A stretch of 64,000 nt of DNA from an uncultured Thermoleophilia bacterium (GTDB taxonomy: Bacteria > Actinomycetota > Thermoleophilia > UBA2241), in the NCBI GenBank assembly GCA_963831295.1, contig CAWHPR010000004.1:2026-66025 (forward strand). The letters run 5' to 3'. Positions 27,962 to 36,899 of the stretch are shown here, piece after piece. The number at the start of each line of letters is the position of its first letter. The stretch's first letter is position 1. The notes beneath the pieces are model-generated. The model did no database searches. It was not told where the DNA came from and saw nothing but the letters and a program-made list of their open reading frames with translations. The translations under genes and the position numbers were made by a program.

Positions 27962-28753
27962 TCAGAGGGACAGCGTCGCGGCGCTCTCCTGAGTGTCGCG
28001 GTCCGGGCCGCCGCCCATGAGGCCGCCGCCGTGCCCGCCGCCGTCGAGGTCGCCTCCGCCGAGGCCGCCGCCCATGAGGCCGCCGCCGCGCCCGCCGAAG
28101 AGCCGGCCGCCGAGGCCGCCGGGCAGGTCGACGTCGTACTTCTCGAGCAGGGCCTCCATGTCGGCGCGGGCGTCCTCGCGCAGCGCTTGCATGGCTTCAC
28201 GCGCCTCGCTGCTGGTGGGGTCCTCGCCGTACTTGTCCCACCATGCGTCCATGGCGGCCTGCTGCGCGTCGCGCAGCGCGTTGACATCGTCCCGGAACCC
28301 GTCGTCGCTCATGAGCTCCCCGATCTTCTCGCGGGCTTGCTGCGCGGCCTCACGAGTCTGTTCCATCGCGCTGGTGTCGACGCCGTACTTCGCGAGCAGC
28401 GCATTCATCTCGGTGCGCTGCTCCTCACGGAGCTTGTCGCGGGCCTCGCCGGCGGCGTCGCTGTCGCGGTCGTCGGCGTACGTGTCCCACCACTCGTCCA
28501 TGGCGGCCTGTTGTGTGTCGCGCAGCGCACGCACGTCGTCGCGGAAGGCCTGGTCGGTCATCAGATCGCCGATTTGCGAGCGCAGGTCTGTCTGGTCGCC
28601 GCTCTCCGAGCCGCCGGTGGTGGCGGCGTAGGTCGTGAGGGCGGCGGCGTCCGCGGTGGCGCCGTCTCCGCCGCCGGCCAGCGTCACTCCCAACGTCAGG
28701 GCGACGGCCGCGCTGCCGATCCCCGCAAGCAGTGCCACTCTTCGTATCCTCAT
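27962..28753 (-). CDS. Secreted protein with two about-65-aa helical repeats and a Gly/Met-rich C-terminal tail
   Basis: ATG at 28753 follows ggaagga. Signal peptide MRIRRVALLAGIGSAAVALTLGV. Repeats IGDLMTDQAFRDDVRALRDTQQAAMDEWWDTY... and IGELMSDDGFRDDVNALRDAQQAAMDAWWDKY.... Tail GGLGGRLFGGRGGGLMGGGLGGGDLDGGGHGGGLMGGG. Confidence 0.65.
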   Translation of the reverse strand: MRIRRVALLAGIGSAAVALTLGVTLAGGGDGATADAAALTTYAATTGGSESGDQTDLRSQIGDLMTDQAFRDDVRALRDTQQAAMDEWWDTYADDRDSDAAGEARDKLREEQRTEMNALLAKYGVDTSAMEQTREAAQQAREKIGELMSDDGFRDDVNALRDAQQAAMDAWWDKYGEDPTSSEAREAMQALREDARADMEALLEKYDVDLPGGLGGRLFGGRGGGLMGGGLGGGDLDGGGHGGGLMGGGPDRDTQESAATLSL

Positions 28754-28899
28754 CAGCCGCTCCTTCCACATGGCCTCACCGGGAGTCGGACTCCCGGCGG
28801 CAACTACCTTGCCTCTTGGCCGTGGATGATGACCGCCGATTCTGGGGTCGACCTGAGCCGAACCTGTGAGTCGGCTAGGAATCCGGAGACGGCCGGCGC

Positions 28900-31743
28900 T
28901 CAGAGCGGAAGGTGGACCGCCGCGCTGCTGCCGAACGCGAAGCCCCCCTCGCGGAAGAGCGCGAGGCATGCGTCGGCGACGAGCGGGTCGTAGAGCACTC
29001 CGCGATTGGCCTCGATCTCCGCCAGCGCCGCCTCGATGCCGAGAGCGGGCCGATACGGCCGGTGGGAGGACATCGCCTCGACGACGTCGGCGACCGCCAC
29101 GATGCGCGACTCGAGCCTGATCTCGTCTCCCTTCAGGCCCAGTGGATACCCTGAACCGTCGAGGCGTTCGTGGTGCTGGCGGACTATGTCCGCCACGGCG
29201 CCGGGGAAGTGCATCTGGCGCACGAGCTGGTAGCCGCTCTCGGAATGCTGTCGCAGCAGGTCGAACTCGAGTGTGCTCAGCTTCCCCGGTTTCGTCAGGA
29301 TCTCAGCCGGGATCGAGAGCTTGCCGAGGTCGTGGATCAGCGCCGCGATGTGGAGCGCGGCGCGGGCGCTCTCGCGCAGCTCCAGGCTCTCGGCCAGCCT
29401 GTCGACCAGCTGCGTGACGCGGTCCTGATGCCCGGCGGTGTAGAGGTCGCGCATCTCGACCGCGCCGGCGAGCGTCCGCGCCGCGGACTCGACCGTGCGT
29501 CGCAGGCGCACGAGGGCGCGCTCGCGCTGCTGCTCGGCCTGGCGCCGGCGTTCCTGCTCGCGGATCTGGTCGCTCACGTCCTGGCACGAGCAGATGATGC
29601 CTTTCGGCTCGACGTCCGCAGGGGACGGTGCGCTCACCACGCTCAGGTGGCGCCTGACGCCGTCGCCACGGAGCACCTTGATCACCATCGGCGGCATCGG
29701 GTGCCGGAGCGCCTCGGCGAAGAGCGCCCGCACGCGATCGTGCTCGTCCTCATCGACCGCGTCCAGGAAGCAAAGGTGCTCGACATCGGCGTGCTTCACA
29801 CCAAGCAGGCGCTCGGTCGTCGGACTCATGTAGCTCACCACGCCCTCGGAGTCGATCGAGAAGACGCCTTCGTTGAGGTTCTCGACGAGCGTACGGTAGC
29901 GCTCCTCATCGGCTCGCTGCACCTCTTCGGCGAGGTGGCGGTCGGTGACGTCGATCAGCAGCCCCTCAAGTCTCGCGGGGACGCCCTCGGCGTCGCGGAT
30001 GATGACGGCACGGTCCAGGACCCAGCGCTCGCTGCCATCCTTTGCGCGGATGCGGTACTCGGTCTCCACGTTGTCGCGGTCCGCTGCGATCGCCTCCTTG
30101 ACGCAGCCCCAACACTGTTCGCTGTCGTCTGGGTGCACGAGGGTAAGCCAGTCGAGACCGCCGGCGAGGAACTCCTCGGCGCTGTAGCCCGTGACCGCCA
30201 GGATGCCGTCGCTGATGAACTCATCGCGCCACGGCGGCTCCAGCGAGCTGCGGTAGGCCGCGCCCGAGAGGTTGTCGAAGAGCGCGGCCAGCTGCGTCTC
30301 GCGCTCCTCCAGGGCCGTCTCAGCCTTCTTTCGCCGAGTGATGTCGTGGCTGCGACCGCGGATCCCCGTGATCCGGCCGCCGGCGTCGGTGATCGGGTCA
30401 AGGAGGCATTCGTAGGTGCGCGTCGCCCCGTCGGCGTCCGGCGCCGTCAGCTCGGCCTCCACGCTCTCGCCGTGGTCGAGCACGCGCGCGTAGAGGGATC
30501 GCCGCTCGGCGACCGCCTCGGGGGGGAATCCCAGCTCGGCGTGGTCCTTGCCGATGATCTCCTCGCGCGTCAACCCGAACGCCCGACAGACCGCCTCGTT
30601 GACGGCGGTGTGGCGTCCTTCGGCATCGAGGCTCAAGATGAGGTCCGGCGTGCTCTCGACGAGCGTCCGGTAGCGCTTCTCGCTCTCCTCGAGGGCGGTT
30701 TGCGCGTGCCGGCGTGCCTTCGTCTCCTCGATGGCCCGCAGGGCGAAGCCGAGGTCGTCGGAGAGCTCCCTCAGCAGATCGACTTCCTCGGCGCTGAACT
30801 CCCGCGGCTCGGTGTGGTAGAGGCCGAGGACGCCGCGCACGCGGCCGTCGCCGTTCAGCGGCAGCGCGACGACCGAGCGGCAGTCTCGCGCCGGCACCGC
30901 CTTGAGGAAGGCCGCGAACGTCTCGTCCGACTCGATGTCGGAGCTGACGACCACCTGGCCGCTGCAGACCGCGCGGCCCTCCGGTCCCTGTCCCTCGGGC
31001 GTGTCGTCATAGCGGATCGCGATCTCGCCCGGGGAGGCCGCGTGATCGCCGGCCCAAGCGCTGGGGACCAGGGTCTTCGTCTCCGCGTCGCACAGGGCGA
31101 TCGTCGCCATGGAGAAGCCGCCCTGCTCGACGAAGATGGAGCAGGCCCGAGCGTTGAGCGTCGCCTCGTCCTCGACGCGCACCATCATCTCGTTGATGCC
31201 GGTGGCCATGCGCAGGAGGCGGTTGAGGTGCAGAACGCGCTGCTCGCCGGCCTGGCGCTCGGCGGCCAGCCGCCTGAGCTCGGCTGTGTCGAGCGCCATC
31301 CCGCCTAGCAGCTCCGAGAGGCCGGTCAGGAACCGCACGGCGGCCCGCGCCTGCGCCTCGGTGAGTATCGGGATCTGGCCGAGAGACTGGAGGTAGGCGG
31401 CCTCGTCGAACCCCCATTCGGCCGCCTGGCGGCGGAAGCGCTCGACGTCGGGCGGCTCGAGCAGGAACTGGCCGACGAAGACGCTGGCGACATGCTCGCC
31501 GGCGACGATGACCGGCGAGACGACATCGGTGAGCCCGTTCTTGCACGTGTAGAGCGCCGCGGTCTCGCCGTCGCGCAGTCGCGAGGCGAGCGCGGTGTCG
31601 CTCTCACGGCAGCGTCGCGCCGTCTCCGGGTGGACCCGGTGGAAGTCCGTGCAGAGAGGCTGCCAGTTGGAGGCGAGCAGGATCTCGCCGTCAGGATCGA
31701 GCAAAGCGGCGGCGACACGCGTCGCCGTGCAGAAGCCGTCCAT
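28900..31743 (-). CDS. PocR, GAF, three PAS domains and HD-GYP: a multidomain c-di-GMP phosphodiesterase-type signalling protein
   Basis: 947 aa. N-terminal PocR-like region (LCTDFHRVHPETARRCRESD, YTCKNGLTDVVSPV). C-terminal HD-GYP motifs HDLGK and HHERLDGSGYP. Confidence 0.8.
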   Translation of the reverse strand: MDGFCTATRVAAALLDPDGEILLASNWQPLCTDFHRVHPETARRCRESDTALASRLRDGETAALYTCKNGLTDVVSPVIVAGEHVASVFVGQFLLEPPDVERFRRQAAEWGFDEAAYLQSLGQIPILTEAQARAAVRFLTGLSELLGGMALDTAELRRLAAERQAGEQRVLHLNRLLRMATGINEMMVRVEDEATLNARACSIFVEQGGFSMATIALCDAETKTLVPSAWAGDHAASPGEIAIRYDDTPEGQGPEGRAVCSGQVVVSSDIESDETFAAFLKAVPARDCRSVVALPLNGDGRVRGVLGLYHTEPREFSAEEVDLLRELSDDLGFALRAIEETKARRHAQTALEESEKRYRTLVESTPDLILSLDAEGRHTAVNEAVCRAFGLTREEIIGKDHAELGFPPEAVAERRSLYARVLDHGESVEAELTAPDADGATRTYECLLDPITDAGGRITGIRGRSHDITRRKKAETALEERETQLAALFDNLSGAAYRSSLEPPWRDEFISDGILAVTGYSAEEFLAGGLDWLTLVHPDDSEQCWGCVKEAIAADRDNVETEYRIRAKDGSERWVLDRAVIIRDAEGVPARLEGLLIDVTDRHLAEEVQRADEERYRTLVENLNEGVFSIDSEGVVSYMSPTTERLLGVKHADVEHLCFLDAVDEDEHDRVRALFAEALRHPMPPMVIKVLRGDGVRRHLSVVSAPSPADVEPKGIICSCQDVSDQIREQERRRQAEQQRERALVRLRRTVESAARTLAGAVEMRDLYTAGHQDRVTQLVDRLAESLELRESARAALHIAALIHDLGKLSIPAEILTKPGKLSTLEFDLLRQHSESGYQLVRQMHFPGAVADIVRQHHERLDGSGYPLGLKGDEIRLESRIVAVADVVEAMSSHRPYRPALGIEAALAEIEANRGVLYDPLVADACLALFREGGFAFGSSAAVHLPL

Positions 31744-31967
31744 GAGGGGCCCGATCGTCTGGAGGTCGACTGCGCCCGCGTTCGAGATGCTGGTCCTCGG
31801 TTCCTCTGCGCCCGCTGCGCTTGGTGCAAGGGTCGCTTGCGTGCCCCGCTACGCCCTATTCACACCCTATTCCCCACGGCAGCGTTCTTCACCTGTATCG
31901 GTCGCCGTGAGTGGCTTCTTGAACGTTCGGGGGACCTTACTGAAGGCGTCCCCTGCGGCCGGTGTTC

Positions 31968-32945
31968 CTACTCGAACCCAGGCGGTGGGCGGTGTTTGTG
32001 CTCGTACATGAAGTCGTCCGCCTGCTGCAGCAGGTCATCCAGGCTGAGCTCGTTCAGCGGCCCGGAGTGAGCAGAGCCGATCGTCATGGAGACGGAGAAT
32101 TGCAGCCCCGACTCGGCCGTTCTGCGGCCGAGTTCCCGGTCGAGACGCGTCTTCACGGTGCCGAGGTCGCGGGTGTCCGCCTCCGACATCACGACGAACT
32201 CGTCGCCCCCGACGCGGGCCACCACGTCGGACTCGCGGAACGTCGCCTCGAGCGCGCGGGCACTGAGAGTGAGGGCGATGTCGCCGGCGCTGTGACCGAA
32301 ATCGTCGTTGATGGCCTTCAGCCCGTCGACGTCCGCGTAGATGAGGGTCAGGATCGACCCCGACCGCCGGCTCTCCTTGAGCCGTTGTCCGGCCAGCAGC
32401 ATGAAGCCACGGCGATTGCACAGCCCGGTCATGTCGTCGAGCAACGACATCGTGCGCAGCGTGTCCTCGAGGGCGCGGGTCTGAGTGATGTCGGACGCAG
32501 TGACGATGACGTGCTCCAGCACTCCGGCGTCATCTCGCAGCGGCGTCAGCGAGCCGGCGACGAGCAACCGCTCACCAGTGCTCTTCACCCAGTGAGTCTC
32601 GAAAGGGCATGCGCCCGCCCCTGCATCGAGGTTTCGCAGGCCGCGGCCGAGCGGCACGGCAGCCTCGGGGATCGGGAGGGCGGAGACGAACTCGCGCGCA
32701 CGCAGGTCGTCTTCTGAGTAGCCGGTCGCGAGCTCGACGGCGCGATTGACCTGCAGGATACGCCCGGCGCGATCGAGCACGATGATGAAGGCGTCGGCCG
32801 ACTCCAGCACCGAGCTGAGGAAGTCGCGCTCCGTCGTCGAGCGCCTTCTCGGCGCGCACGTGCTTCGCTCGCGCACGTTGTCTCGGAGGCGCGCCTTCTC
32901 GTCCGCCGGTGGAGCCGCCCGCTGTTGTTCGTGTACGTCAGCCAT
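31968..32945 (-). CDS. PAS-GGDEF diguanylate cyclase
   Basis: Probable start is MADVHEQQ at 32945. PAS region FLSSVLESADAFIIVLD. GGDEF region TGLCNRRGF...RVGGDEFVV. Confidence 0.85.
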   Translation of the reverse strand: MADVHEQQRAAPPADEKARLRDNVRERSTCAPRRRSTTERDFLSSVLESADAFIIVLDRAGRILQVNRAVELATGYSEDDLRAREFVSALPIPEAAVPLGRGLRNLDAGAGACPFETHWVKSTGERLLVAGSLTPLRDDAGVLEHVIVTASDITQTRALEDTLRTMSLLDDMTGLCNRRGFMLLAGQRLKESRRSGSILTLIYADVDGLKAINDDFGHSAGDIALTLSARALEATFRESDVVARVGGDEFVVMSEADTRDLGTVKTRLDRELGRRTAESGLQFSVSMTIGSAHSGPLNELSLDDLLQQADDFMYEHKHRPPPGFE

Positions 32946-33151
32946 GTGCTGGTATGCGCGACCGCGAACGGCCGTTCGACTGCCTCCGCCGCCGCCCGCG
33001 GCGGGGGAGTGCCATGGGGCCAATATGCCCGCTCCTTCGCAAACGGCATCAAGGGCTCAGGGCGTCCAGCCGTGGCGAGGCGGTCATCGCGGCCGCGGAC
33101 CCGGCAGACCGGGCTGTCAGGGCGGCCGCGTACGGTCGCACGTCTTCCGGC

Positions 33152-33514
33152 TTAGAACTGGCTCGTGCTGAGCAGGACGAGCGTACAAGCCTCGACGACC
33201 TCGATGCCGCCGGCCTCGAGGCGCTCGTAGGCCTCGCGGTTCTCGGCCCCGGGGTTGAAGATCACGCGCCGGGGCGAGACGTCGACGATGTCGTCGATGA
33301 TCGCCTCCTGCCTCGCCGGGGCGACGTACATCGAGACTGTGTCCACCTCGTGGGGGATCTCGCGCAGCGAGGCGTGGACCTCGGCGTCGCAGATGCGCTC
33401 GTGCTTCGGCGCGACCGGGATCGGCGTGTGCCCCTTGTCCCTGAGGAGCCTCATGGCCTTGTTGGAGTACCTCTCTTCGTCCGGGCTTGCGCCCACCACC
33501 GCGACGTATGACAT
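33152..33514 (-). CDS. CoA-binding domain protein (YccU/YneT-like)
   Basis: MSYVAVVGASPDEERYSNKAMRLLRDKGHTPIPVAP.... Confidence 0.75.
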   Translation of the reverse strand: MSYVAVVGASPDEERYSNKAMRLLRDKGHTPIPVAPKHERICDAEVHASLREIPHEVDTVSMYVAPARQEAIIDDIVDVSPRRVIFNPGAENREAYERLEAGGIEVVEACTLVLLSTSQF

Positions 33515-33646
33515 GTCGTGACGCTCCGCTGTTGCGTTACAGGTCGAGGGACGGTGTCCATGCGGGACTGCGCCCGCGCCGTCTTGTGCCGCCCCCGCTT
33601 CACACTCCTTGTCTCGGGCGAGCCTCGCTGCCGTCGGAAGCGGCGA

Positions 33647-33675
33647 GAATAGTGAGCTTATGCTCATATGATACG
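33647..33675 (-). promoter_or_regulatory. Motif copy C: gtatcatatgagcataagctcactattc on the minus strand, upstream of the CoA-binding gene and in the divergent Rrf2 intergenic region
   Basis: Core gagcataagctc is the reverse complement of 33654-33665. It has the same ATGAGCATAnGCTC core as 8185-8196 and 8908-8919. Confidence 0.4.
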
Positions 33676-33901
33676 TGCGAGCGGGTGCGGCCAGGGCTGC
33701 GTTCCGCGCACGGGACGGCCAACGAGACCGCGCTGCCGTGGCCGTTCTGTCGACGTCTCCGCTGCTCGGGTCGGGCTACGGTGCGGTCGTATTCCTGGCG
33801 CAGACGGACGCCGTGAAGCCCAGGAGGCTTGACAGCTCTCCGCGCGGCAGTGACTATTCGCCTAATCCCTATCTCCAACAAGGGAATTGGAGAGTCCGAG
33901 C

Positions 33902-34315
33902 GTGGAGATCCCGCTTCGTACTCAGTACGCGTTGCGAGCGCTGGTATGCCTTGCCCTCAAGCGGGGGGAGGGCGTCCTGAACGGTCAGCGCATCGCGGCG
34001 CTCGCCGGCATCCCGAAGAAGTACGTGGAGCAGGTGATGCGCGACCTGCGTCAGAGCGGTTTCGTCGTGAGCCGGCGCGGCCGAGGGGGCGGGTACGCAC
34101 TCAGCCGGCAGGCATCGGCCATGTCGGTCCTCGAGGTCATCGAGACGCTCGACGGCTCGCTCGACGATCTGGGGCGGGTCCGGGACCGTGATCCCGGAGC
34201 GCCACTGCTCGAGCCGATGTGGGGCGCCGTCCGGGGTGCGCTGCGCGACGCTCTCGCCGGGGAGACCATCGCGAGCGTCGCCGACCGGGCCACCGTCACC
34301 ACCTACCAGATCTGA
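33902..34315 (+). CDS. Rrf2-family transcriptional regulator (CymR/IscR-like, no obvious 3-Cys cluster)
   Basis: VEIPLRTQYALRALVCLA...IPKKYVEQVMRDLRQSGFVVSRRGRGGGYAL. GTG at 33902 follows ggagag; an alternative TTG start is at 33887. Confidence 0.8.
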   Translation: MEIPLRTQYALRALVCLALKRGEGVLNGQRIAALAGIPKKYVEQVMRDLRQSGFVVSRRGRGGGYALSRQASAMSVLEVIETLDGSLDDLGRVRDRDPGAPLLEPMWGAVRGALRDALAGETIASVADRATVTTYQI

Positions 34316-34392
34316 GCGTCACCGAGGCCTTGCGCTCGGGGCGGCCGGGTCTGGCTCGATCGGCGACGACGGCAGACGGCAGGAGATGAGGC

Positions 34393-35316
34393 ATGAGGAT
34401 CGCCGAGAGCATCGCCGACCTGATCGGGGGGACGCCTCTCGTGCGCCTGCGGCGGGCGTCCGAGGAGTCCGGGGCGACGATCCTCGGCAAGCTCGAGTCC
34501 TTCAACCCCGGCGGCAGCGTGAAGGACCGCATCGCTCTGTCCATGATCGAGGCAGCCGAGAGGGCGGGTCTCCTCGATCCCCGGAGCGCGACGCTGGTGG
34601 AGCCCACGAGCGGCAACACCGGCATCGCGCTGGCCATGGTCGCGGCGGCCAAAGGCTACAAGGTGCTCCTGACGATGCCCGAGAGCATGAGCGTGGAGCG
34701 TCGTCTCCTGTTGCAGGCCTACGGCGCCGAGGTCGTCCTCACGCCGGGCGTGGAGGGCATGCGCGGGGCGGTCGCGAAGGCACAGGAGATCTGTGCGACG
34801 CTGCCGGGGGCTCGCATGCTGCAGCAGTTCGAGAACCCCGCCAACCCGGAGGCGCACCGTCAGGCGACGGCCGAGGAGATCTGGGCGGACACCGACGGCG
34901 CCGTCGACATCTTCGTGGCCGGCGTGGGCACGGGGGGCACGCTCACCGGCGTGGGCCAGACGCTCAAGCGGCTGAAGCCGGACGTGCGGGTCGTGGCCGT
35001 GGAGCCCGCGGGCTCGCCGGTCCTCGCCGGCGGTGTCGCCGGCCCTCACGGGATCCAGGGCATCGGGGCCGACTTCCTGCCCGCGGTCCTCGACACGGGC
35101 GTCTACGATGAGGTGGTGGGTGTCACCGAGGAGGACGCGTTCGCGACGGCCCGGGCTCTGGCGCGGGACGAGGGCATCCTGGTCGGCATGGCGGGAGGCG
35201 CCGTCGTGTGGGCCGCCCTGCTGATCGCTCGCCGCCCGGAGAACGCCGGACGACTCGTCGTCGTGATCATCCCGGACTCAGGCGAGCGGTACCTCTCGAC
35301 GCCGCTGTTCCAGTAG
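34393..35316 (+). CDS. cysK: Cysteine synthase A (O-acetylserine sulfhydrylase)
   Basis: PLP-lysine motif [29 protein letters not shown]. 307 aa. Confidence 0.9.
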   Translation: MRIAESIADLIGGTPLVRLRRASEESGATILGKLESFNPGGSVKDRIALSMIEAAERAGLLDPRSATLVEPTSGNTGIALAMVAAAKGYKVLLTMPESMSVERRLLLQAYGAEVVLTPGVEGMRGAVAKAQEICATLPGARMLQQFENPANPEAHRQATAEEIWADTDGAVDIFVAGVGTGGTLTGVGQTLKRLKPDVRVVAVEPAGSPVLAGGVAGPHGIQGIGADFLPAVLDTGVYDEVVGVTEEDAFATARALARDEGILVGMAGGAVVWAALLIARRPENAGRLVVVIIPDSGERYLSTPLFQ

Positions 35317-35326
35317 ACGACGAAGT

Positions 35327-35362
35327 CGGGAGGGCGGCATGCTCCGGCATGCCGCCCTCCCG
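35327..35362. terminator. Bidirectional terminator hairpin (16-bp perfect stem, extended by GACGACG/CGTCGTC)
   Basis: cgggagggcggcatgc, loop tccg, then gcatgccgccctcccg, between the convergent cysK and membrane-protein genes. Confidence 0.7.
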
Positions 35363-35408
35363 GTGTCGTCGTCCCTCCAAATGCGCCTCTCTCAGCGGCC
35401 GGCCTCTC

Positions 35409-35994
35409 TCAGCAGCCGTGGGCCGGGGAGGCGGTGACCGTGTGTCGATGGCCTTCGGTCACCGTCGCCGTCGCCGTCTGGCGCGCGCGCACGAGTCCGA
35501 AGACGGAGAGGATGAGCAGGATGCCGGCGGCCGCAAAGGCGACGATGCCGGCGATCCAGGCGATGGCGCCGAGCGTCGAGAACGCGTAGGCCTGCAGCAG
35601 CATGCTTCGCAGGGTCGTCCCCATGAAGAGGCTCTCGCGCTGCGCCTGCAGACCCGCGTTCTCCGGATCCTCGCGAGAAGCCGCGCTCACTTGCGAGTAC
35701 GTCTGGCCGTCGGCGATCTCGTCCAGGTGGGACTGGATGTACGCGGCGTAGGCGTTCGCCTGCTCACCGTTCACGACCTGCTGGCCGGCGTACTTCTGGA
35801 GGTCGGGGTACTGCTCCGGGTCCAAGGCCGGGACCCGCCGGCGGGAAGCTGATCTGCTGTGCCGTGAGCTGGTCCCGTACCTGGGTCTGCGCGTAGGAAC
35901 TTCCCCACGTCAGCAGGCCGCCCGCGACGAGCAGGATGACGACCAAAGAGAGTCCAGCCACGCCGACCCACCTCAAGAACGTCTGGCGACTCAT
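35409..35994 (-). pseudogene. Conserved actinobacterial-type membrane protein, split by a 1-nt frameshift near 35826-35845
   Basis: ORF 35764-35994 gives MSRQTFLRWVGVAGLSLVVILLVAGG..QISFPPAG. ORF 35409-35825 gives LDPEQYPDLQKYAGQQVVNGEQANAYA...C-terminal TM. Deleting one base in the gggtcccgg run joins them as ..FPPAGPALDPEQY... Confidence 0.6.
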
Positions 35995-36513
35995 AGTGCT
36001 ACCCCTTTCCGGTCGGTCTCCGCACCCGGCCCGCGACGATCATCTTCATTCGCACTTCCGCCGGCCCTCGGAGCGCGGATCCGGAGTGCATCCATATCGA
36101 ACAGCGCTGCTTCGTTCCTTCCACAATATGAACCCATAGTAATCCATAGGTATATAGTAGATTAGTAATGGAGGCACGCGGTCGTGTGCCGCGTCGACTG
36201 CGGTCGTTCTGGCGACGCGCCCACTCCTCTTCGCAGGCTTCCACCGCGCTCAGAACGGGTTCGGTCGGTGCACCGGCAGCGATAGACTCAGCGCACGCCA
36301 CGGATGGATCCACTGGGTGCTGTCGCCGACGGCGGCCGTCCTCGGTGCGGTGACGATGCCGTTCGTGCTTGTCACCGCGTGAGTGCCACACGGCGGTGTC
36401 GCGCTCTCGGGCGGGCTTCGCCACCCGGCCATCCGCACCGCCGCTGGGCGGGGCGGGCCTCGCGTCCGCCCGCTTCAGCGCGGGTGTCGTTCTAGAATAG
36501 GCCGGCGACGAGG

Positions 36514-36899
36514 ATGACGGACTGCGAGGAGGAGATGGGCACACCTGACGTCAACGAGTGGATCCGCGCCGTCAAGGCGCAGCCGGACGCCGGCGCGATC
36601 GGCATGATCCTGTCGCACCAGGGCGTCGTACGCGGCACCAGCCGGTCGGGCGAGCCCGTGCGCGGCATGGAGCTGCAGGTCGATCGCTCCCGGCTCGACG
36701 AGGTGCTCGCCGAGGCCGGGACGTGGCCGGGGATCGTCGCCGTGCGCGCCTGGGTCAACGAGGGGTCACTGGCCGTCGGCGATGACATCATGAAGGTGCT
36801 CGTCGCCGGTGACATCCGCGAGCACGTCTTCGACGCCCTGCAGCGGCTCGTCGCTCTGCTCAAGACCGAGGTGGTCTCGGAGACCGAGGAGCGCTGTAG
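36514..36899 (+). CDS. MoaE-like (molybdopterin synthase large subunit fold) protein; 3' end uncertain
   Basis: GAIGMILSHQGVVRG...IVAVRAWVNEGSLAVGDDIMKVLVAGDIREHVFDALQRLVALLK follows the MoaE pattern. The in-frame ORF runs on to 37293 antisense to the amidase. A TAG at 36897-36899 lies in another frame. Confidence 0.5.

Noticed and set aside
35995-36513. Moco or cobalamin riboswitch upstream of the MoaE-like gene; small ORFs 36168-36353 and 35999-36544
   Set aside because: I recognised no B12 box and no Moco-motif core. The ORFs lack the genome's GC3 bias and have implausible composition.
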